DNA of 32,000 nt from positions 28,893-60,892 of the forward strand of contig JAFZRE010000022.1 of assembly GCA_017620015.1 (NCBI GenBank), given 5' to 3'. This stretch comes from Bacteroidales bacterium (GTDB lineage: Bacteria; Bacteroidota; Bacteroidia; Bacteroidales; ML635J-15). The notes under the pieces were generated by a model. That model had not been told where the DNA came from. It did not search any database and was given only the letters and a program-made list of their open reading frames with translations. Numbering within the stretch: the first letter of the stretch is position 1; every line of letters starts with the position of its first letter. This document shows, in pieces, positions 24,701 to 32,000 of this stretch. A program made the position numbers and the translations under genes.

Positions 24701-25708
24701 GGACCATACAAGGATATATTTGACTTCGTCTCTCGCGTAAACCTCCAGTCCGTAAACAAGAAAACCATCGAAGCTTTGGCTTTCGGTGGAGCATTCGACA
24801 GTTTCAACACACCGACAAATCCCAATGCATCATCACGCGACCAGATAGTATCTGATTTCGGAGAAAAAGGCGAATCGGCACTCGATATGCTTATAAAGTT
24901 CGGACGCTCCGTACAACAGCAGAAGAACGACAACACAATGTCACTGTTCGGTGCATCAACAGCATCGTTTTCAATAGCACTGCCAAAACTTCCACCTCGA
25001 ATGGACAAGATGGTATATATGCCGATATTGCTAAAGAACGAATACTCTGTGCTTGGCATCTACCTGTCATCACATCCGCTCGACAAGTTCAAGTTTTTCA
25101 TAGACCACACTAACATAACTCATCTGGACGTAGCTACAAAAATTATTGACGAGAAAAAGACTAAGACTAAATTTACCATCGTAGGATACGTCACAAAAAG
25201 CACAGAAAGGACATCTAAAAATGGCAATTTATTCGGCGAATACACAATAATAGACTACCACGGAGAACTAAGATTCACACTCTTCGGGAAAGACTACAGC
25301 ACATACAAATCCGTATTAAACGAAGGGTATTCAATAATAATGGATGTCGAAATCAAGGAAAGGTTCTTCTTCAGCAACGACAAGAAAAAAGACGACAAGA
25401 ACAAAGAAGTCAACCTGTCGGCCGTATATTCTAACATCAGGATGCTGCAGGACGTTGATGTAAAATCCATAAATATGTATCTAGACATCAACGAAATAGA
25501 CTCCAATTTCAGAAAGGACTTCCTCAATGTCGTCAAAAAGTGCAAGGGCACAACGGAACTCTGCATAACCCTCATCAACAATACATCAATAAGCAAGGGT
25601 ATAAAAATGGTTTCAAGGTCAAAGCAAATCGACGTGAACAACGATGAACTGAACCAATTTATAAAAAACAACCCCAACACCATAAAAAAAGTAACTATTA
25701 CGCAATAG
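21788..25708 (+). CDS. dnaE: DNA polymerase III subunit alpha
   Basis: PHP domain FTHLHVHSHYSVLDG, LTDHGNMYG. Polymerase core GFPGYFLIVQDY, GPGRGSAAGS, PDIDVDFDD. FESPGM, YRPGP, FNKSHAACYA. OB-fold tail. 1306 aa with no intein-like insert. Confidence 0.95.
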   Translation: MVNFTHLHVHSHYSVLDGMSKVPDLVNKAMKNGMTALALTDHGNMYGIKDFFDTVKKVNEKINDKIKEQNTILKNKELPDEEKAEAQKVIDELTKQLFKPIIGIEAYCARRTLHDKDKDYREPSPETGKMKIVDSSGYHLILLAKNKKGYQNLCKLSSIGFTQGYYSTPRIDKEVLEKYHEGIIASSACLGGEIPQLIIANKLDKAEETILWFKQVFGEDFYIELQRHKTDKPGGARDTYERQVAVNKVLVEFARKHNIKIIATNDVHFVEEEHGEAHERLICLSTQTELNDPNRGMAYTKQEWLKSPEEMEAIFSDLPEALENTMEIADKVEFYDIDSGPIMPAFPIPEEFGTEEEYHKKFKDEDLFKEFTCDENGQVVMSPEDAEKKIKKIGGYEKLYRIKLEADYLAKLTWEGAHKRYGENLTQEQTDRIKFELHIMKTMGFPGYFLIVQDYIRGAREELGVWVGPGRGSAAGSVVAYCLHITDLDPLKYDLLFERFLNPDRISLPDIDVDFDDAGRGKVLDWVTHKYGEEKVAHIITYGTMATKSAIADVGRVQGVPLDRVNEIKKMIPDKFPDNIKDEKGKNPKVNLKNCIKYVPEIKQILEGEDHNTSTMIEYAEELEGTIRQVGIHACGFIIGADDLTKFAPISTIEDKETEGRVPVTQYDGHVIESVGLIKMDFLGLITLSIMKEAVSNIKKTKGIDLDINSIPINDPETYKIYCAGKTVAIFQFESPGMQKHLRDLQPTVFEDLIAMNALYRPGPMAYIPQFINRKHGKEPITYDIPVMEKYLKDTYGITVYQEQVMLLSRLLADFTRGESDALRKAMGKKKKDIVDAMKPKFIEGGKRNGHDPKILEKIWSDWESFASYAFNKSHAACYAWVSYQTAYLKAHYPAEFMAANLTLNKDDITEVTKLMSECKNMKINVLSPDINESDLNFTVTKNDDIRFGLGGVKGVGEGAVMAIISEREANGPYKDIFDFVSRVNLQSVNKKTIEALAFGGAFDSFNTPTNPNASSRDQIVSDFGEKGESALDMLIKFGRSVQQQKNDNTMSLFGASTASFSIALPKLPPRMDKMVYMPILLKNEYSVLGIYLSSHPLDKFKFFIDHTNITHLDVATKIIDEKKTKTKFTIVGYVTKSTERTSKNGNLFGEYTIIDYHGELRFTLFGKDYSTYKSVLNEGYSIIMDVEIKERFFFSNDKKKDDKNKEVNLSAVYSNIRMLQDVDVKSINMYLDINEIDSNFRKDFLNVVKKCKGTTELCITLINNTSISKGIKMVSRSKQIDVNNDELNQFIKNNPNTIKKVTITQ

Positions 25709-25724
25709 CATATAAAAATAGTTG

Positions 25725-25732
25725 TATCTTTG
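25725..25732 (+). promoter_or_regulatory. -7 box TATCTTTG for the OMP/caspase unit
   Basis: Exact TAnnTTTG 25 nt upstream of the ATG at 25758 and 17 nt after the dnaE stop. Confidence 0.5.
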
Positions 25733-25757
25733 CAAGAAATTTGAAAACAGATAACAT

Positions 25758-26525
25758 ATGAGAAAATTATTAATCGTACTGCTAATTACCATATTGCCGA
25801 TTGCAGCTTTCTCACAAAAAGTAGTAAACGGATTTGGTGTCGAATACCTTATGGGAAAGTCATACACATCAAGTGACCCGATGAAATTCTATTTCCCAGA
25901 CACTACGAAAACAAATAACGTTTATATGACCGACGAAACCCAAGTTTTCGGCGGAGCATTGTATTTTCCATTCGACATGGGTATAAAAAGGCACCGTTTT
26001 ACACTTGCCATCGGTTTTGAATACAGGTACACTTCACTAGGATTGGGGTCTCCAAACTCAGTAATCGATAACAGCAATATCCAAAGGGAAGGTTTGTGCT
26101 TGAACTCCACTACCTATACACCCTTAGTCCAAGTATTGTATAGGCCACACTTCTATCTAGGACGTCTTCACACATCCTTCAGTATCGGAGCCAACTTTAA
26201 ATACACCTTGTTCAAGACTCTTGAAATAAGCGACAAGGACAACCAGGCGCTTGTTGCATACAAGGACGGAGAAAACCTTATAGACTTCGGTGGCAATCCT
26301 GCTGCCGAACGCATGAGGGACTTAGGATTCCACATTGACCCGAGGATTGGATTCGACTTCTATTTCAACAACTCCTTTATGCTGTCAATATTTGCACTGG
26401 TACCAGACATTACCAACATTGCCGCAGTAAAGTCAGTAAAGGTACAATTCGGTGCAGGCGTGACCTACCTTATCAAGACGAACAAGATAACAGAAGCTAA
26501 AATTTTACAACAATACAAAAAATAA
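25758..26525 (+). CDS. Hypothetical small outer-membrane beta-barrel protein
   Basis: Signal peptide MRKLLIVLLITILPIAAFSQ. Alternating hydrophobic/aromatic strand pattern (TLAIGFEYRY, SFSIGANFKY, RIGFDFYF, QFGAGVTYLI). No family was recognised. Confidence 0.55.
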   Translation: MRKLLIVLLITILPIAAFSQKVVNGFGVEYLMGKSYTSSDPMKFYFPDTTKTNNVYMTDETQVFGGALYFPFDMGIKRHRFTLAIGFEYRYTSLGLGSPNSVIDNSNIQREGLCLNSTTYTPLVQVLYRPHFYLGRLHTSFSIGANFKYTLFKTLEISDKDNQALVAYKDGENLIDFGGNPAAERMRDLGFHIDPRIGFDFYFNNSFMLSIFALVPDITNIAAVKSVKVQFGAGVTYLIKTNKITEAKILQQYKK

Positions 26526-26530
26526 CGATT

Positions 26531-29500
26531 ATGAGGAATTTGTTTTTAATATCGGCAGTTTTATTAATCTGCTCCATATCGCTTAATGCACAAGACGTTG
26601 TTCCTGTAATTCAGTCGGGACACTCTGGAAGCATAATGTTTGTTGAATGGGACAACACTGGACGTTACATTGCTAGCGCCGACGACAATAATGAAATTAT
26701 AATCTACGACATTATAGCCGGCAAGGTTTTCTTCAGAACAAAATTCCCAGGCAAAAAACTCGTAACAGGAATCAAGTTCGATGATGACGGTCTGCTCTAT
26801 GCAAGCAACACCGACTATGCAATCAGCTTCGACCCGACTACACTCAAGACAAGCGAAGCTTCGCACGGAGTTCCGCCAAAGAAAATGTCGGCAAACTTCA
26901 AAATCAAGAACTCTTCGCTTAAGAAAACCGACGGTGGAACTTTGTTCAACAACAATGCATACACAAAATTCACATATGCAACCGAATCGGAAGACCGCAA
27001 ATACATCATCGCAGGTGATGAAAACGGCGGATTATATTTCTGCAACAACGAAATGATATTGCAGCACTACGAAAGCATCCATAGCCTTCCAATAAACGAT
27101 ATCTCATTCTCAAAGCAAGGCAATATGGTTGCAATAGCATCAGCCGACCGTTCCGTCAGCATCTGGCGACTGCCAAACTACAAGCTCGAAAAACGCTTAA
27201 TCCCAAGAAGTTTCAACATCTCTGCACTTTCGGCAAGCGCCGACAGCAAGTCGTTTGCTTTTGGCGATGAACTTGGATATGCCTACAAGATAACATTTGC
27301 AATCGACAAACTTGTATGCGAAGCAGTTGATGCTCACGACGGTCAAATCAACGACATACAAATGTCGGCAAACAGCTGCGTAGCAGTTACCGCAGGAAGC
27401 GACAATTCGGCTTCGGTAGTTGACTTTGAAAACAAGAAGGTATTGCAGAAATTCAAAGCCCAGAGCAGCTCCGGAAAGGTTAAGCAGGTGTTCGACATAA
27501 AGGGCATACAGGAACAGGCAATGAAAGGCAACGATGCAAAGGACAACATGTACGATGAAAACGTATATTCGGTAGCAGTTAGCCCCGACGGAAAATACCT
27601 TGTATATTCTGCTGGCAAATGGGGACTTGCTGACCCGCTTCTGAAATATGCCAACATCTCATCGCTAAACATACTTGGAAGCAAAGACGAGCGCATTGCC
27701 AAGAAGGGTGTTGCCGCAGGCATGGCTCTGCCAAACAACATCCACATATACAAACAGATGCTTATCGACACAACCAACAACCTATTCGGTGTCGAAGCCG
27801 ACAGAAAAATATATAAGCATAAGCCAGCTGTCCTCACTGGATTTGGTGCTGGGCTTGAATGCGAAATGAGTGCAATGACAGAAGCTTCTAATACCGACAA
27901 CGTGTTGATTCTCCGTCAGAAAGACGAACCTACAATGGACGGCTACTATATGCTTAAGATTGACCCGTCGAACGGTGATGTCTATAAGTGCAAAGGCTAC
28001 GAAATTGAACGTCTTGGCAAGGACGGCAAGAACGTAACCTACAAGGGTCAGTATGGCTACATAAGCGACTTTATCGTAATGAAAGGACAGCAATTCCTCA
28101 TTGCCGCAGCAAAGGATGCATCACTCAACATCTACGACATACAGTCGGGAAAGAAACTCCTCAGCATCTATGTTGTTGACGGTGGTAAACTTATCTACGT
28201 TACACCAGAACACTACTACATGGCAACAGGCGATGCAATTACAGGCCTCGGATACTACCACGAAGGTAGAATTTATCCTGCAGAGCAGTTCGACCTCCGC
28301 TTCAACCGCCCCGACTTGGTTCTGAAATCACTCGACGTATTCGACAACGAAATAATCGAAATGTATAAGTCGGCTTACAAAAAGCGTATCCAGAAACTTG
28401 GCTTCACCGAAAGCATGCTCAACGGCGAGATGGAACTTCCCGAAATAAAGATAATGAACATGGATGAGATAAAACTCACCACTTCAAGGTCTTCTATTGA
28501 CGCCAAACTTTCAATGAAGGACTTGAACTACAACCTCAACCGTCTAAATGTCTATGTTAACGATGTTCCGCTTTATGGAACCAACGGAATGGACTTGAGC
28601 GACAGATATTCAAGAGAAACTATTGCAAACATTGAAGTTCCACTGTCAACTGGAAGAAATACAATACAGTTCTCATGCGTAAACGAAAAAGGTATGGAAT
28701 CACTCAAGGAAGAAATAGAAGTCTTCTACGAGCCTCAAGGCAAAAAGCAGAAACCTACACTATACCTCATATCTTTGGCCGTTGCAGAATATGCACAGTC
28801 GGAATACAACCTACGCTACACCATCAACGATGGACGCGGATTTGTTAAGCTGTTCAGCGAAAATGCAACCAATTTCGACCATGTAGTTGTCGATTCTCTC
28901 TATAACAGCAATTGTACAAAGCAAAACTTCCTTGCTTTGAAGGAAAAACTTATGAAATCGAAAGTTGATGACTATGTATATGTACACATCGCTGGTCACG
29001 GTCTGCTTGACGATGATTTGAACTGGTACTTCGCAACCCAGAACATAGATTTCTTCGACCCGTCGGTCAACGGCTTGAAATACGAAGACATTGAAGGTCT
29101 GCTCGACGGTATTCCAGCCCGCAACAAGATGCTCCTAATGGATGCCTGCCACTCTGGTGAAGTTGACAAGCAGGACGGCGTAGAAATTGCAGACAAAGCA
29201 GATGGTGATGATACCCGTGGCGCAGTAACAGTAAACAAGCGCAAGAAAACAAAAAATAGCCTCGGAAACTCGTTCGAACTTATGCGTCTGCTCTTCAGCG
29301 ACCTTAAGAAAGGAACAGGAACTGTTGTAATCTCGGCTGCATCGGGTGGCGGTTACGCTTTGGAAAACGAATCCATCGAAAACGGTATATTTACCTACTG
29401 CCTAATGGACGCATTCAAGAAAAACAAGGCTGACAAGAACAAGGACAAGTCTATTTCGGTTTCCGAATTGCGTAACTTCATCTTCGATGGTGTAAACCGA

Positions 29501-29569
29501 ATGAGTGAAGGAAAGCAGCAGCCTACATCACGTCGCGAAAACCTCCAGAACGACTTTAACGTGAAATAA
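26531..29569 (+). CDS. Exported WD40-repeat beta-propeller / Ig-like / caspase (peptidase C14) fusion protein
   Basis: Signal peptide MRNLFLISAVLLICSISLNAQ. WD40-like units HSGSIMFVEWDNTGRYIASADDNNEIIIYD, HSLPINDISFSKQGNMVAIASADRSVSIWRL, HDGQINDIQMSANSCVAVTAGSDNSASVVDF, VYSVAVSPDGKYLVYS, AAAKDASLNIYDI. Caspase domain from about nt 28751: YLISLAVAEY, catalytic His in VHIAGHG (28997-28999), catalytic Cys in LMDACHSG (29147-29149), VVISAASGGGYALE, QQPTSRRE. Confidence 0.85.
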   Translation: MRNLFLISAVLLICSISLNAQDVVPVIQSGHSGSIMFVEWDNTGRYIASADDNNEIIIYDIIAGKVFFRTKFPGKKLVTGIKFDDDGLLYASNTDYAISFDPTTLKTSEASHGVPPKKMSANFKIKNSSLKKTDGGTLFNNNAYTKFTYATESEDRKYIIAGDENGGLYFCNNEMILQHYESIHSLPINDISFSKQGNMVAIASADRSVSIWRLPNYKLEKRLIPRSFNISALSASADSKSFAFGDELGYAYKITFAIDKLVCEAVDAHDGQINDIQMSANSCVAVTAGSDNSASVVDFENKKVLQKFKAQSSSGKVKQVFDIKGIQEQAMKGNDAKDNMYDENVYSVAVSPDGKYLVYSAGKWGLADPLLKYANISSLNILGSKDERIAKKGVAAGMALPNNIHIYKQMLIDTTNNLFGVEADRKIYKHKPAVLTGFGAGLECEMSAMTEASNTDNVLILRQKDEPTMDGYYMLKIDPSNGDVYKCKGYEIERLGKDGKNVTYKGQYGYISDFIVMKGQQFLIAAAKDASLNIYDIQSGKKLLSIYVVDGGKLIYVTPEHYYMATGDAITGLGYYHEGRIYPAEQFDLRFNRPDLVLKSLDVFDNEIIEMYKSAYKKRIQKLGFTESMLNGEMELPEIKIMNMDEIKLTTSRSSIDAKLSMKDLNYNLNRLNVYVNDVPLYGTNGMDLSDRYSRETIANIEVPLSTGRNTIQFSCVNEKGMESLKEEIEVFYEPQGKKQKPTLYLISLAVAEYAQSEYNLRYTINDGRGFVKLFSENATNFDHVVVDSLYNSNCTKQNFLALKEKLMKSKVDDYVYVHIAGHGLLDDDLNWYFATQNIDFFDPSVNGLKYEDIEGLLDGIPARNKMLLMDACHSGEVDKQDGVEIADKADGDDTRGAVTVNKRKKTKNSLGNSFELMRLLFSDLKKGTGTVVISAASGGGYALENESIENGIFTYCLMDAFKKNKADKNKDKSISVSELRNFIFDGVNRMSEGKQQPTSRRENLQNDFNVK

Positions 29570-29580
29570 TAACAAGCTAA

Positions 29581-29615
29581 AAAATGAGGCTGCCGATTGG
29601 CAGCCTCATTTTTTA
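29581..29615 (+). terminator. Rho-independent terminator after the caspase gene
   Basis: AAAATGAGGCTGCC-gatt-GGCAGCCTCATTTT (14-bp stem) running into TTTTT. Confidence 0.75.
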
Positions 29616-29647
29616 TACACAGATATCAACAGAAACGAAAAAAAGAG

Positions 29648-29655
29648 TATATTTG
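29648..29655 (+). promoter_or_regulatory. -7 box TATATTTG for the TPR gene
   Basis: Exact TAnnTTTG 26 nt upstream of the ATG at 29682. Confidence 0.45.
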
Positions 29656-29681
29656 TACTCTAACAAAATATTATCGGCAAA

Positions 29682-32000
29682 ATGAAAAATTCAAAACACT
29701 TCTGGCTAATAACCATTGCTCTTCTTACGTTTTCAAACCTTGCAGCAACAGCACAAACCGAAAAGTCGGAACTGCTTAACAAGTCGGATTCGCTCTATGC
29801 TTTAGCTTTCAACCTATACAAAACTGGTAAATATAATGAAGCCATCCCCCTATTCTCGGAATCATACGGTTTAGACACAATTATCTATCCGCCCAAACAT
29901 GTCAGACGCGAACACTCGCTCCGTCAAGCCGCAAGATGCTACTATATGTTAGGCGATACGGTCATGGCATACTCAATGTCGCCGACCTGCGTTACCGAGC
30001 AACCCGACAGGCGACTTACGGTCAAGTCCGACTCGCTCATAATGCTATGCAAGGAATATACATCGCAGAAAAAATACGAAGAAGCCCTCGAAATACTAAG
30101 CAAGGCTCAGTCGGCAATGAAAAAAAGCATCGGAACAAAAACATTCCTCTACGCCAACCTGCTGGAAAACAAAATGCCAATATACATACAAACAGGCAAT
30201 GCCGACAAGTTCATAGAATGTCTCAACGAAATAGAACAGGTAAGAGCCATCTCGCTAGGCAAAACAAACTTGCAATATATTGCTACAATCGAAAATATCG
30301 GTCTCGCCTACGAACTTTTCAAGAAAGATTATGACAAGGCAACCGAATATTACGAAATTGCAACCAACCTAAACAAAAACAACGGCGACAAGACAAAACT
30401 CATAAAATCGCTCACACGACTTGGCGATGCCTACATTCTCGGAAACCACTACGAAAAATCACTTGAAGCATACTTAGAAGCCTACGAAGTCATCAAGAAA
30501 AACGGACTGGAAAATGACGTTTGCAACACCTTTATCCTTAGCGGAATAACCAAAAACTACAACAATCTCGGCAAATACGCACTCTCCCTCGAATATGCCA
30601 TAAAAAATGCCGAAGTCAGCAAAATGATATATGGTGAAAAATCTAAGGAATATGCCAACATCTTGAACAATATCGGCGTAATACACAACGACTTGCACAA
30701 TCACGACAAATCAATCGAATACATAACCGAATGCTTAAACATATACAAGGATTTAAATGCTGACAAACTTCCGATTATCGCAACCTTTGAACTCGGTCTG
30801 GGAAATGCATATAACGACAAGGAAGACATTGCATCTGCCATGACACATTACCAGAAAAGCCTAGACATATACAAGATGAACAATCTTGAAAATAGTCTTG
30901 AATACGCCGACGCATTATCAAACATGGCAATTTCATACAATAAACAATCCGAGTTACATAAAGCATACGCAAACTACACACAAGCATACAAAATATACCG
31001 CGACAACTTAAAAACATGCGATATCATAAAGTACATAAGGTTGCAAAACAATTTATCGACTGTACTTATCCACATAGGAAAGTACGACGAAGCAATGTCG
31101 ATGCTTAACTGTTGCCTTGAAATGAGCCGAAAGTACCTTGACTTGAATTCGCCCTCCTACTCGTCAACGCTGACCAACACTGCCATCGTATATCAGGATT
31201 TAGGAAATTTCCAGAAATCTCTGGAGCTATTCAACGAATCCGCCAAAATAAAGAAGAATATATATGGAGAATACGACTATAAATACGCAGAGGCTCTGAA
31301 CAATATCGGCACAGCATACAATTATCTCAGGGATAACCAGAATGCCTACAAAACACTTACTCACACCTTAGAAATATATGACAAACTGATAAAGGACAGC
31401 ATAATATCTTTGCCTATAGGTTATTCGAACACACTCAACAACCTCGGCATATACTACGAACACATAGCCGACTACGGCAAAGCCATGGATTGTTTCGTGC
31501 GTTCATCAGAAATAAGCAAGAAACTTGCCGGTGAAAACAGCCTCGAATACATAAGAAGCCTCGGCAACCTCACAAATACCTACGCAAAGCAAAGAGACCT
31601 TCAATCTGCATTAGCAAACAGCATAAAGATATGCGAATTGATAAAAAAACTGTACAACACCGCGAACAACATCTTGTACGCAAGCAGCATCAGGCAACAA
31701 GGCGACATATACAACGAAATGAAGGATAGTACCAATGCAATAAGATGCTACACAAAATCACTCGAAATATATGGCAAAGAACTTGGTACCGACCACTACG
31801 AATATGGAACCACTCTTATGAATATCGGCATATACTACCACGACAATGGAAATTTAGGCAAGGCACTTGAATACGAGACTCAAGGTCTAAAAACAATAAA
31901 GGAAAAAATGGGCGACAGGCATCCGATGAGCATATACTCAATGGAAAATATAGCCAACCTATATTTTGACATGGGCGAGACAGAAAAAGCATTAAGCGAA
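29682..32000 (+). CDS. Exported tetratricopeptide (TPR_12/KLC-like) repeat protein; 3' end outside window
   Basis: Not in the ORF track because it has no stop in the window. Hand translation is open from the ATG at 29682 to nt 32000 (over 770 codons). Signal peptide MKNSKHFWLITIALLTFSNLAATAQ. Roughly a dozen or more repeats of about 42 aa follow, of the form A..LNNIG..Y....(Y/F)..A(L/M)..(Y/F)..(S/A)L.I. Confidence 0.85.
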   Translation, partial: MKNSKHFWLITIALLTFSNLAATAQTEKSELLNKSDSLYALAFNLYKTGKYNEAIPLFSESYGLDTIIYPPKHVRREHSLRQAARCYYMLGDTVMAYSMSPTCVTEQPDRRLTVKSDSLIMLCKEYTSQKKYEEALEILSKAQSAMKKSIGTKTFLYANLLENKMPIYIQTGNADKFIECLNEIEQVRAISLGKTNLQYIATIENIGLAYELFKKDYDKATEYYEIATNLNKNNGDKTKLIKSLTRLGDAYILGNHYEKSLEAYLEAYEVIKKNGLENDVCNTFILSGITKNYNNLGKYALSLEYAIKNAEVSKMIYGEKSKEYANILNNIGVIHNDLHNHDKSIEYITECLNIYKDLNADKLPIIATFELGLGNAYNDKEDIASAMTHYQKSLDIYKMNNLENSLEYADALSNMAISYNKQSELHKAYANYTQAYKIYRDNLKTCDIIKYIRLQNNLSTVLIHIGKYDEAMSMLNCCLEMSRKYLDLNSPSYSSTLTNTAIVYQDLGNFQKSLELFNESAKIKKNIYGEYDYKYAEALNNIGTAYNYLRDNQNAYKTLTHTLEIYDKLIKDSIISLPIGYSNTLNNLGIYYEHIADYGKAMDCFVRSSEISKKLAGENSLEYIRSLGNLTNTYAKQRDLQSALANSIKICELIKKLYNTANNILYASSIRQQGDIYNEMKDSTNAIRCYTKSLEIYGKELGTDHYEYGTTLMNIGIYYHDNGNLGKALEYETQGLKTIKEKMGDRHPMSIYSMENIANLYFDMGETEKALSE

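Noticed and set aside
21788-25708. Whether the 1306-aa DnaE carries an intein or a mobile insertion.
   Set aside because: No Cys/Ser...HN splice-junction blocks or homing-endonuclease motifs are visible. The extra Lys/Glu-rich segment near residues 55-95 sits within the PHP region and looks like a simple lineage-specific loop.
29597-29779. A 60-aa ORF between the caspase and TPR genes, and the 132-aa ORF at 29936-30334.
   Set aside because: The first spans the terminator hairpin, the promoter box and the start of the TPR gene in another frame. The second is an Arg/Lys-rich alternative frame inside the TPR gene. Both are artefacts.

Overview
This is a chromosomal segment from a Bacteroidota, probably Bacteroidales-like. 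That placement rests on TAnnTTTG -7 promoter boxes upstream of about ten transcription units, a T9SS C-terminal sorting domain, a GLPGLI-family gene and CarboxypepD_reg-type outer-membrane proteins. Most genes are housekeeping and lie on the + strand: an MsbA-like ABC transporter (5' end outside the window), a DUF192 lipoprotein, CapA, kdsA (-), a DegT-family aminotransferase, sufS, a DAG-kinase-like lipid kinase, a C69 dipeptidase, a LysM/MltD-like protein, tRNA-Asn(GTT), cutC (-), an S9 peptidase and dnaE.

Three regions stand out.

1. 25.7-32.0 kb is the strongest candidate for an undescribed system. A small beta-barrel OMP gene lies 5 nt upstream of a 1012-aa signal-peptide-bearing WD40-propeller/caspase (C14) fusion with an intact His/Cys dyad. 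This pair has its own promoter and terminator. Next to it is a second exported giant TPR-array protein that runs off the window and may be TPR-CHAT.

2. 7.9-9.2 kb holds a RAYT-type HUH/Y1 transposase gene with six REP-like hairpins. It also contains a promoter-to-terminator cassette with no ORF (a candidate sRNA) and an imperfect inverted repeat. The whole block is bracketed by an exact 25-nt direct repeat that carries a promoter box.

3. Several 3' intergenic spacers carry locus-specific short-word stutter repeats followed by strong palindromes. Two of these share the core GACG-NN-GCATGC-NN-CGTC. A separate twin-hairpin element sits at 17.07-17.23 kb.

All protein calls come from motif recognition by eye. 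No HMM or BLAST search was possible.
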